Assembly (NCBI GenBank): GCA_051382295.1
Contig: JBBCAW010000019.1
Coordinates: 1-45,361 of the forward strand
DNA: 45,361 bases
Direction of reading: 5' to 3'
Source of the DNA: Bdellovibrionota bacterium FG-1
GTDB lineage: Bacteria; Bdellovibrionota; UBA1018
Each line of letters opens with the position of its first letter. Position 1 is the stretch's first letter. Under the pieces are notes generated by a model that saw only the letters and a list, made by a program, of their open reading frames with translations, ran no database searches and was not told the origin of the DNA. Of the stretch, positions 37,377-45,361 are shown piece by piece. A program made the translations under genes and the position numbers.

Positions 37377-39608
37377 TTGAGCGATGACACCTTCCGTCAC
37401 TATCAGCCTGCACACGAACTTACTCCCACCTACCTGAATGGGATGCAAGCCATTGCGGCGGGGAGCCTCCAAGAAGCGGTTTCGATTCTAACATCAGAAC
37501 CTGAGGACTCTCCGTGCTATGGCCTTGCGATCGGCAATGCGGCCCTGAGCCTTATTCGCCTTGATCAACGAGAGAAGGGCGAAAATCTAGCCAGAAAAGC
37601 CGCCACAAAAATGCAGCTCACCGGGTGTCCTCACCCCCCCTCGGGCGTTCAGATTCTACGAAATTTGGCCGAAGCGATCGCCGGACAGGGCCGATCGGCA
37701 GAGTCACTGCCACACTTTAACTCGGCCTGTCTGACTGCCGACGCACTCATCGCTAAACACCCGGACTTTGCCACAGATATCGAACTTGAAAAGGCACATA
37801 CCCTGAACTCCTGGGGAGCTGCCCACCTCAATCTCCGGCAGTATCCCGTGGCGATCAATATCTTTAATGCTGCCCGCGAAATTTATCGAACCCACGCAGG
37901 TATAAATTCGATCGGGATATCGGAAGTCCTCACAAATTGCGCCCATGCATATCGACTTCTTGAAAAATTCACGGAAGCGGAGTTCTCCCTGATTGAGGCG
38001 CTCAAATACGCGAAGGAGATGGATTCGAAAGATCAGATATTCCGCGTCCAGCTTGCACTAATCCAGATTGGCTCATCCTCTCTGCCGGAATTAGAGGCTT
38101 ATTCGATTCTCGAACTGGCTGCGAATGAGTGTGAATCGTCGGGCAGGTTCAGCGCTGCCTATTTGCGTCGTGCTATTGCCGCGAGTTGGGCGGCAGAGAC
38201 GGGAAAAACCACGTTTGGCCTATCGATGATCGAGAAGGCAAAGACGCTTGAGACTCACCTCGAAGCGAGCGATCCCAATCCACCGCGTCTACGCATGACG
38301 GAGACCCAGCTCCTCATTCAAAACAACGCCCCAAAAGATGACGTTATTCATACACTAATCCAAGGCGCGCATCTCTGGTATGCTCAATTAGGGCCAAGAT
38401 TGATTGACGGAGATGTTCAAGCAACAACTTCTGAAATGCATGAACATTTTCGGTTGCTGGCTCGTAAACTTCTCGACGTCAGGCGCATACCGGAGTCTCT
38501 CGTCGCATTTGAAGCAGGGAGAGCACTCAGCTACGCAATCGAAGTGGAACCTGCCTTACTGAACGAAGTTGGATCAATCAACCCATTCTCAGCCGATGGT
38601 AAGACGATTGCACTTACCTCCCTACATCGAACGCAGAAAGTCCTGAGTCCTGACGAGGTAATTGTGGCTTTCTCCATTTTGCCGCCGGATGTAATCGCAT
38701 TTATTATCAGCAGTGATGCTGTGGCTGCTATATTCGAACCTCTCCCAGATACGCTCGATGGTTGCGAGGCATTGTTTAAAGAAATCGATGCGATTCCAAC
38801 AAGGTTACATGCGGGCGTGGGCGCCCGAGCGATCCCTGACTTAATTCAAAAACTCACGACTCAACTCAAGTCTAACGTAGGGCTAAGAAAAGTATCAGCG
38901 TTAATGCCTTACTCGCGCCTCCACTCAGTTCCGTGGCGAATGATCCTCCGTAATGCTGGAGTTCCTTGGAATCAGCTCCAGTTCGGAACTGAGTTCGGAC
39001 TCATGTTGCGAACACAAGGTAACGGCCCTGGCCCTAAACTGCCATTGAAGTTTCTCGCATTGGGAAACGGGTACGCTGAAACGATCGATTTGAACGAAGA
39101 AGCACGATTGTTTGTAGCCGCCCTCGGGGCCTCTGCCACGCTTACTGAACAGTGCACCCGTCAGCATCTAACCGATGCCCTACAGCAGGATGCGGCTGTG
39201 CTGATCTCGTGCCACGGCTCTGTCAATCCGCGAATATACGACGGGCAGCTCGTTCTCGCGCTGAACGATGGAGATTTTCCAGTCGGCTCTATCTTTCCAC
39301 CACATGTAAAGGCACCGCTGGTAATATTGTCCGCCTGCGAGTCTGGCGTCTATGGAATGCATTGGTCAGACTATCCTTTAGGGGCTGCTCCAGAGCTCAT
39401 CCGATTAGGCGCAGAGGCTTGCATCGGGACGCGTTTTTCAATTGGAGCTAGGTTTGCTTCGGACTTCATCGATGCATTCAGCTCTCTAGTAAAAGCTCAA
39501 CCGAATATCGCTCGGACTTTTTGCGGAGCACTGGAACTGACTGAGCAGAAGGGAGCCGATTCCTGGAAAGATCTGGCTTGTCTCGAGCTATTGGTACGAA
39601 GAAAGTAA
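37377..39608 (+). CDS. TPR-CHAT (caspase-like) protease
   Basis: N-terminal TPR repeats; FE.GRA; P...LH.VPW; catalytic SCHG and LSACESG. Confidence 0.88.
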   Translation: MSDDTFRHYQPAHELTPTYLNGMQAIAAGSLQEAVSILTSEPEDSPCYGLAIGNAALSLIRLDQREKGENLARKAATKMQLTGCPHPPSGVQILRNLAEAIAGQGRSAESLPHFNSACLTADALIAKHPDFATDIELEKAHTLNSWGAAHLNLRQYPVAINIFNAAREIYRTHAGINSIGISEVLTNCAHAYRLLEKFTEAEFSLIEALKYAKEMDSKDQIFRVQLALIQIGSSSLPELEAYSILELAANECESSGRFSAAYLRRAIAASWAAETGKTTFGLSMIEKAKTLETHLEASDPNPPRLRMTETQLLIQNNAPKDDVIHTLIQGAHLWYAQLGPRLIDGDVQATTSEMHEHFRLLARKLLDVRRIPESLVAFEAGRALSYAIEVEPALLNEVGSINPFSADGKTIALTSLHRTQKVLSPDEVIVAFSILPPDVIAFIISSDAVAAIFEPLPDTLDGCEALFKEIDAIPTRLHAGVGARAIPDLIQKLTTQLKSNVGLRKVSALMPYSRLHSVPWRMILRNAGVPWNQLQFGTEFGLMLRTQGNGPGPKLPLKFLALGNGYAETIDLNEEARLFVAALGASATLTEQCTRQHLTDALQQDAAVLISCHGSVNPRIYDGQLVLALNDGDFPVGSIFPPHVKAPLVILSACESGVYGMHWSDYPLGAAPELIRLGAEACIGTRFSIGARFASDFIDAFSSLVKAQPNIARTFCGALELTEQKGADSWKDLACLELLVRRK

Positions 39609-39740
39609 CGATGGCGACAATCCGTCCAGATCCATGTGTGCGAGAGGCCAGTCGAACGCCTCATTGATAAAAGTTACCAGACCTCGGACCAGCAAAGCCA
39701 CCGAGGGGCGCATCGCCGTTGTCCCGTCCGAAAGGCGCCA

Positions 39741-40601
39741 ATGGCAAAGCGTGTTTTTGGATACATCCGTCGGTCAATTGAAAGCGATAACCTGTCGCTC
39801 CAGGCGCAGGAGCGGTCCATCCGCTCCTTCACGGAATCTCAGTCGTGGGAGCTGGTGTATCTCTTTTGTGACCGGGGAGATACCGGCAGCAACACAGATC
39901 GAAATGCCTACCAACAAATGCTTACGGCGTCAGTACAAACAAATGGCGTCCGGGCCGTTGACCTGATTCTTGTGCCGAAGCTTGATCGGATTTCCAGGAG
40001 CCTAAAGGACATTCTCATTTTGATCGAGGACCAGCTTGACCCGCTTGGAATTGGCCTGAAGAGCGTAACCGAGAGCTTCGACTCCAGTACCTCGGAAGGC
40101 CGCCTCATGCTGAGTATGTTAGGAGGCTTCGCCGAGTTTGAGAGGAAGCGAATCGTTCAGCGCCTGATGGAAGGCAAATATGAGCTCGCCGCACATGGCG
40201 GTTGGAATGGCGGCCCTATTCCCTACGGCTACAGCCTCAACCCTCACGGTAAAGGGTTAGTATGGGACCCTATCCACGCCGAAATCGTCCGCCAACTATT
40301 TCACCGCTATGCCAACCAGGACTTGAGCATACGCAAACTTAAGCTCGCGACCGGCTGCGAACTGCACCCTGACTCCATCGGCGAACTCCTCAGCAATCCG
40401 TTTTACGTAGGCTGGATGAGCTACGGCGGCAATACGACTCAAGGTACTCATCCACCGATTACAAGCGCCCGACTGTTCAATAGGGTCCAAGAGCGCAAAA
40501 TGATCCGAGCAAAGAGCTACGAGACAGGCCGAAAACTTTTCAAAATATCCGGGATGCAGATGATTCCGCTGAGTTTCGGACGATTGTCGGGCGCTACTTA
40601 A
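39741..40601 (+). CDS. Second serine recombinase (catalytic plus recombinase domains, no Zn-ribbon/coiled coil)
   Basis: GYIRRS, KLDRISR, FDSST.EGRLM, FAEFER, GG.IPYGY, L.NPFY.G, G.H.PI. Confidence 0.9.
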   Translation: MAKRVFGYIRRSIESDNLSLQAQERSIRSFTESQSWELVYLFCDRGDTGSNTDRNAYQQMLTASVQTNGVRAVDLILVPKLDRISRSLKDILILIEDQLDPLGIGLKSVTESFDSSTSEGRLMLSMLGGFAEFERKRIVQRLMEGKYELAAHGGWNGGPIPYGYSLNPHGKGLVWDPIHAEIVRQLFHRYANQDLSIRKLKLATGCELHPDSIGELLSNPFYVGWMSYGGNTTQGTHPPITSARLFNRVQERKMIRAKSYETGRKLFKISGMQMIPLSFGRLSGAT

Positions 40602-40732
40602 CGAAACTCAGGAGGCTTTGCGTCCCTATTTGAGGGGCTGAGTAAAACGGTAAGCACCGGGGGTTAGGGGTCATTCAGCCTAAGACGACGGGTACGTGCA
40701 AGCGTTCCCGTCAAAAGACGCTGATTCGCGAC

Positions 40733-42448
40733 GTGATGAAGGGGTTATTTTTGGAACAATTTGATTATCTAGGATTTTACAGCAAACATTTGAAGCTCCT
40801 TCCGACAGGCCAGGAGCACCAGCACAAGGCGCTCTGCCCATTTCATGAAAATACCGATACGCCGGCATTTTCCGTAAATACCCAAAAGGGTGTTTGGAAA
40901 TGCTTCGGGGAATGTGATGCCTCTGGTGGAGTAAGAGAATTCGAGAATCGCCTCGGTAGTCGGGGTAACGTGAGCGGCTTACAACCGGACTACTCCACTT
41001 CCGTTGTGACCTACCATCGGCAACTCACGGAGGAGCATGTTCGTTACCTCAATGCTCGCGGTGTTCGCATCGAGACGATCAATAAATTCAAGCTCGGATC
41101 GCTCGGAGATAAGATCACCTATCCGTATCTCGATGCTGCCGGACGGTGCGATGGATTTAAGGCTATCAGCACTGACCCTGGCAAGCTCACCTTCTTCAGC
41201 GTTTCTAAAAACGCGATTAAGCTTTTCAACATTTCCGCGGTACCTAACGCCAAGCTCAATTACCGTGACACGATCCTATTGGCCGAGGGTGAAAAGGACG
41301 CCCTGATACTGGCCCAGGCCGGTTACGACGTCGTCGGAGTCTCAGGAACGCAGGGCTTCAAAAAAGAGTATGCCTTCCTCTTCGAGCAATTCAAGCGAGT
41401 CATCGTCGTCTTCGACAATGATGCTGCTGGACGCAGTGGAGCAAAGAGGATCGCCGAGTTCATCGGTCCGAATTGTTTTATCTTTCAGTGGAAACGTCGG
41501 GAGGCGGATGACGGCTACGACGTGAACGACCATTTTCTTAAGCTCGGTGACCGCTTCAATGAGATCTTCGACCAGGAGCTGATCACGAATACCACTTCAG
41601 CCCAGTCGCCAATCATCCTTTCCGCATCGGACCGACTCCCTGAATTTCAGAAATACCTGGACGGACTGAAAGGAGGTCGGCTCCTAGGTTTCGACATACC
41701 CTGTTTTCCGATGCTAACGAAGTACATGCGTGGCATTCGTGGAATGATCGGCATTGGTGCGCCACCAAAAGTAGGCAAGTCAACGCTGACGATCCAAATA
41801 GCGACGGACGTAGCAGCTCAAGGATACCCGGTCCTCTATTACGACTTTGAAAACGGATTCAGTCGCATCATTCTCAAGATGCTGGCAAGAAAATCTAAAG
41901 TTCACCCTGACCACATTTCATTGGGATCTCCCGACCACGCCAAGCAGGTCGAGGCTGCTCAAGATGGGCTCCGTCCCGCCATAAGAACTCTTTTCATAGA
42001 AAATGATCGCCGGCTGACCGAGGAAATAATTTTGAGCCAAATCCGCCACGTTAAAAAGCTAACAGGTCATGATCGAGTCCTCTTGGTGGTTGATTCGGTC
42101 CAAAAACTTCCCATGAATCTTGGCGCCAGGCGTGAAGGTATTGATGGCTGGATCCGATTCTTTGAGAACGTCCGTGACACGGAGAACGCGACGATCATTG
42201 TCATCTCGGAACTTGCCAGATCCGGTTACGAGCAATGTGGAATTAGTTCATGGAAAGAGTCCGGTGATCTCGAATATTCCTTCGACCACATGATTCAGCT
42301 TACTCGTAAGAACCGTGATGACCCACAAGGGAAGGAATTGACTCTGAACATGATCGCATCCCGAGAACTCGAGCCTGGAGAAATAGCGACCTACAGATCC
42401 ATCCGACCTCTCTGGTATTTCGACGAAATCGAAAAGGGGTTTTTCTAA
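40733..42448 (+). CDS. Primase-helicase fusion (CHC2 zinc finger, Toprim, DnaB-like SF4 helicase)
   Basis: CPFH...PAF.....WKCFG.C; EGEKD and FDND.AG; G.PKVGKS, DFE, VVDS.Q, ISEL.R, KESG.LE. Confidence 0.92.
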   Translation: MMKGLFLEQFDYLGFYSKHLKLLPTGQEHQHKALCPFHENTDTPAFSVNTQKGVWKCFGECDASGGVREFENRLGSRGNVSGLQPDYSTSVVTYHRQLTEEHVRYLNARGVRIETINKFKLGSLGDKITYPYLDAAGRCDGFKAISTDPGKLTFFSVSKNAIKLFNISAVPNAKLNYRDTILLAEGEKDALILAQAGYDVVGVSGTQGFKKEYAFLFEQFKRVIVVFDNDAAGRSGAKRIAEFIGPNCFIFQWKRREADDGYDVNDHFLKLGDRFNEIFDQELITNTTSAQSPIILSASDRLPEFQKYLDGLKGGRLLGFDIPCFPMLTKYMRGIRGMIGIGAPPKVGKSTLTIQIATDVAAQGYPVLYYDFENGFSRIILKMLARKSKVHPDHISLGSPDHAKQVEAAQDGLRPAIRTLFIENDRRLTEEIILSQIRHVKKLTGHDRVLLVVDSVQKLPMNLGARREGIDGWIRFFENVRDTENATIIVISELARSGYEQCGISSWKESGDLEYSFDHMIQLTRKNRDDPQGKELTLNMIASRELEPGEIATYRSIRPLWYFDEIEKGFF

Positions 42449-43320
42449 TGAAAAGGAGCAAGCCCAAGGAGGGCGTGACCACCATCAGAATGCCGAGCCA
42501 CTATACGACAGCGGTTTTGGCGAATCGGGACGAGCTGTCAGGTCACTCGATGAGCGAGGAGGCGCGGCACGAGCTCGTGACCGGCTTCGAGTCGATTGAA
42601 CTAACCTCGACAGAGCATCGGGCACTATTTGCTCTGTTTAAGCTCTACAACGAACGCGGATTCACGGACGCTACAATCCAATCTGGTGTCACTTTCACTC
42701 CCTATGAGCTTTGCAAAGCGATGGGCTACAAAAGCTACGGCAGCTCCAGCTATCCCGGCACCTCCCGGACGGAGGCATTGAGCGCCCTCAATAGCCTGAG
42801 TGATAAGCGTTACCGCTGCCTCTTTACGATCCATAGAAACCCCAACACCAGGAAGATCGCGGTAGTCGCGATTCCGAACCGAGCCGTTCTCGAAGTCAGT
42901 CACCGCTACGAGGGCATGACCTTCCATGAGGTCCGAGGAAAACTGATGGGCGCATCACCTGAGGAGATCACGGCAAAGGTTTGTGAACAGCTCGTCCATG
43001 CCAAGTTCTGGCGGCCCATGGATACTGACTTCTACGACCGGCTCCGATCTTCAGGCGTACGCGTCAATGAGGAGCACTGGTTGCTCCAATATTGGTTAAT
43101 GCGCTCGGAGCACCCTTCGAGATCCGCGACCTTTGACGAGCTATTGAAGGTGCTCAAGCTCGATCAGTCAAAAACTCATCGCTCCAGGCAACGGAATTTC
43201 GTACTTAGGATTTACAAGGATTTCCAAAGGGCAGGCTACTTATCCAAGGTCCACGTTGATCGGAAATCAGGTGACGGTCGCGTGCTCGACTATCTCGAAA
43301 AAGCGCTAGATCGCTACTAA
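42448..43320 (+). CDS. Replication initiator-like (winged-helix) protein
   Basis: TAATG-coupled to primase-helicase; LT..E.R.L.AL, FTPYELCKAMG, AL..L pattern reminiscent of plasmid Rep proteins. Confidence 0.5.
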   Translation: MKRSKPKEGVTTIRMPSHYTTAVLANRDELSGHSMSEEARHELVTGFESIELTSTEHRALFALFKLYNERGFTDATIQSGVTFTPYELCKAMGYKSYGSSSYPGTSRTEALSALNSLSDKRYRCLFTIHRNPNTRKIAVVAIPNRAVLEVSHRYEGMTFHEVRGKLMGASPEEITAKVCEQLVHAKFWRPMDTDFYDRLRSSGVRVNEEHWLLQYWLMRSEHPSRSATFDELLKVLKLDQSKTHRSRQRNFVLRIYKDFQRAGYLSKVHVDRKSGDGRVLDYLEKALDRY

Positions 43321-43420
43321 GACCGGCACGAGGGGTACCGAGCAAAGTTGAAACCTGATTCCGACTATATCACGGTGCGTTATGGCTGATGTGACCGCGG
43401 GTAATAGGTAATAGGGTAAG

Positions 43421-43447
43421 CGAAATCGGATCGGGTGATCCGTTTCG
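43421..43447. terminator. Hairpin between convergent genes
   Basis: CGAAATCGGATC-GGGT-GATCCGTTTCG. Confidence 0.5.
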
Positions 43448-43473
43448 AACTCATTCAATTCGATCACGCCTGG

Positions 43474-43881
43474 TCATCCCTCTGAATCAACGGACTTGAG
43501 GAGTTTTCGGACTTCATTCTTGAGATGCTTCGCCTGGGTAAGCGACTGATCGAGCATTTCGTCTACGGCACCGAGTCTCTTCTTAACGACGGCCTTGCTA
43601 ATTCCCTGTTGGGCGGTCACGTCGAACTGAAAGAGCTGGTAGAGATCCACGCCGAGAGCCTTTGAAATACGCATGAGCGTTCTGAGTCCAATGGCCCATT
43701 GACCACGTTCGATATCTGAGATCCGACTCTCAGCTCCAAGATTTCCACGCTCGGCAAGCTGAGCCTGCTTCAAGCCCTGTTGAACCCTAAAATATCGAAT
43801 CCTAGAGCCAATCTTCTTCACCAAGACTTCCAGCTCTCGATCCAAATCTGTGCGTTTTGAAGAACTAGTGATCTTTTTCAT
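43474..43881 (-). CDS. XRE-family HTH transcriptional regulator
   Basis: IG.RIR..R...GL.Q.QLAE......ISDIERG......TL.RI..ALGV. Confidence 0.92.
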   Translation of the reverse strand: MKKITSSSKRTDLDRELEVLVKKIGSRIRYFRVQQGLKQAQLAERGNLGAESRISDIERGQWAIGLRTLMRISKALGVDLYQLFQFDVTAQQGISKAVVKKRLGAVDEMLDQSLTQAKHLKNEVRKLLKSVDSEG

Positions 43882-43937
43882 CTTCTGAACTCCCCTAAAT
43901 TCTATTGAACTAGTCTGGAATTCAGAATCCTCATTAC

Positions 43938-43969
43938 TAGGGTGATTTTACGAAGTTACAAACACCCTA
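43938..43969. promoter_or_regulatory. Inverted repeat in divergent promoter region, candidate operator
   Basis: TAGGGTG-N18-CACCCTA. Confidence 0.35.
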
Positions 43970-44087
43970 TTTTCTAAAGTCCCCTTGGGTAATGGCCGAG
44001 AAAGAGAGGTGAGCATTCGAGACTCTGCTGATCTTTCTATGGGAGGGCATCGAGAGCGTTCGATTCGTCATCATTGGAGGAGCTTAA

Positions 44088-44678
44088 ATGCGAAACATAA
44101 ATTTGAGGTTATTTAGAACGGGACAGCGGTGGAATAAAGCATACCCTTCCATTTTACTGCTCATCACAGCTACTGCCTTAATCGGACCGATTGCTTGGGC
44201 GGATCAGCTCGACGACAACATCCAAGCAGCTAAGAAACAGAATGAACGCGGAAAGAATTACAAGAAATTCGTCGATGACACCTTAAGACAGGCAAAAGTT
44301 AAGCAGAAATCAAAAGAGTGCAAGAGCTTCCGCCTCGTCATTTCGCTCTGCCAAGCGTCAACGAATATTGAACACGCAGATGCTGCAAAGAAAATGGAAG
44401 ATGACGTAACCAAGGAATCAGGTGTGGTCAACAAATACGCCCGTTATAAGATCGGTCAACAGAAGGTCATGTCGAGCCAGGGCTATCAGTCGAACCTTCA
44501 ACAATATAAGAAGTTGAGCGGGAAAGCTTTCGATCGAAAGCAATGCGATGAGAACGAACCGAAGACAGGAACGGTGGATCCTGCTGGTAATCCCGTCCAT
44601 GAAGAAGTCATGCTTTGTGGTTGCGAGGAACTGTCCGACGATGACTTTGCCTGCTCAAATCTTGAGTGGTTACAATAA
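44088..44678 (+). CDS. Secreted Cys-containing hypothetical protein
   Basis: GGAGG RBS; signal peptide ending in AWA; six Cys in the mature part. Confidence 0.7.
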   Translation: MRNINLRLFRTGQRWNKAYPSILLLITATALIGPIAWADQLDDNIQAAKKQNERGKNYKKFVDDTLRQAKVKQKSKECKSFRLVISLCQASTNIEHADAAKKMEDDVTKESGVVNKYARYKIGQQKVMSSQGYQSNLQQYKKLSGKAFDRKQCDENEPKTGTVDPAGNPVHEEVMLCGCEELSDDDFACSNLEWLQ

Positions 44679-44681
44679 TAG

Positions 44682-45265
44682 CTACGGCTTCTTCCAGCAA
44701 TCGAAGATACCCATCTCCACCGTGATCCGAACGTCCGGACATACCTGCCGCATCCCCTGGATCATCAGGTCTTGAATGCCGCTGGACTGAACGTCTGCTT
44801 GGTCCGCTGGAACTTCGACCACAAACTCGTCGTGGATGTAATTGACCACCCGGTACCCATTCCTGACGAGCAGATAAAGTGCGAGTTTCGCGCCATCAGC
44901 CGCTAGCCCCTGAAATGGAAAGTTCTTGCCTTGAGTGTAGCTGCAATTGGATCGGATACGACCACTCACGGTTTCTACGGCAGACCTGGATTGATACCCC
45001 TGGCCTTTGGGTACCGCGAGATACTGGTTCATCTCCGGGAACGATTCGAGCCAGCGATCACGAAGCTCCTTAGCTCTTCCCATAGTCAGATCTTCAATCC
45101 CGTAGGTGGAACTGGCATAGCTCATGAAATTCTTAACGCCTAACCCACCTGGGAATCCGAAATTACAAGCTTTCGCATAAAGTCGGTCCTGCTTGCTGAC
45201 ATCAGATGCCGGCTTATTCAGGATGATTCCTGCAAACCAACGATGAAGATCGACTCCCTCGTTGG
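44682..45265 (-). pseudogene. Family-A DNA polymerase C-terminal fragment (phage type), 5'-truncated
   Basis: N.G.DLH, motif B R..AK..NFG, NFPFQG.AAD..K, motif C IHDE; motif A absent; in-frame stop at 45291-45293. Confidence 0.85.
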
Positions 45266-45361
45266 TGTCCTTTTTCACAAAGTGCGTAGTTTAGGGGGCC
45301 TTTTGTGTTTTTCTGTCTAAAAGGAAAACACTATGACTCAATCATCATTTGAGACCCGGTT
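45264..45361 (+). mobile_element. Probable left end of an insertion sequence disrupting the polymerase
   Basis: Polymerase homology ends abruptly at GGTGTCC; AT-rich leader; AAAGGA RBS and ATG at 45333 (MTQSSFETR) running off the window. Confidence 0.45.

Larger units (their letters stand above)
32030..45361. mobile_element. Serine-recombinase integrative element with its own replication genes (extends beyond the window; may be two tandem elements)
   Basis: Two serine recombinases, MCM helicase, SSB-like protein, primase-helicase, Rep-like protein, PolA fragment; no virion or conjugation genes seen. Confidence 0.7.

Noticed and set aside
1..45361. CRISPR array, rRNA or intact tRNA
   Set aside because: No regularly spaced repeats or full cloverleaf seen; only the tRNA-Pro 3' fragment.

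Overview
A wholly accessory window made of at least three adjacent or nested mobile units. (1) 661-3607: an AT-richer, translationally coupled three-gene operon led by a PD-(D/E)xK-type nuclease, a probable anti-phage system. It is followed by a degenerate tRNA-Pro 3'-half (3667-3708) that looks like an att scar. (2) About 3.7-32.0 kb: an integrative conjugative element (ICE). It has an atypical F-like T4SS operon (coupling protein fused to TraU, a GspE/PilB ATPase, TraF, ankyrin protein, pilin, TraL/E/K/B/V/C/H/G), a candidate oriT, MobC plus a MOB_P relaxase, and xis plus a tyrosine integrase. Divergent from the tra operon is a six-gene operon: OppA-like binding protein without permeases, histidine kinase, sigma54 activator, proline-iminopeptidase-like hydrolase, an unannotated 45-aa secreted peptide, and an ICMT-family methyltransferase. 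It sits behind a canonical sigma54 promoter and is the best candidate for an undescribed peptide quorum-sensing circuit controlling conjugation in a diderm host. (3) About 32.0 kb to the end: a large-serine-recombinase element apparently inserted just downstream of the ICE integrase. It carries a gp32-like SSB, an MCM-family helicase, a TPR-CHAT protease, a second serine recombinase, a primase-helicase, a Rep-like protein, an XRE regulator and a family-A polymerase truncated by a probable IS at the window edge. All family calls come from motif recognition by eye; no database searches were run.
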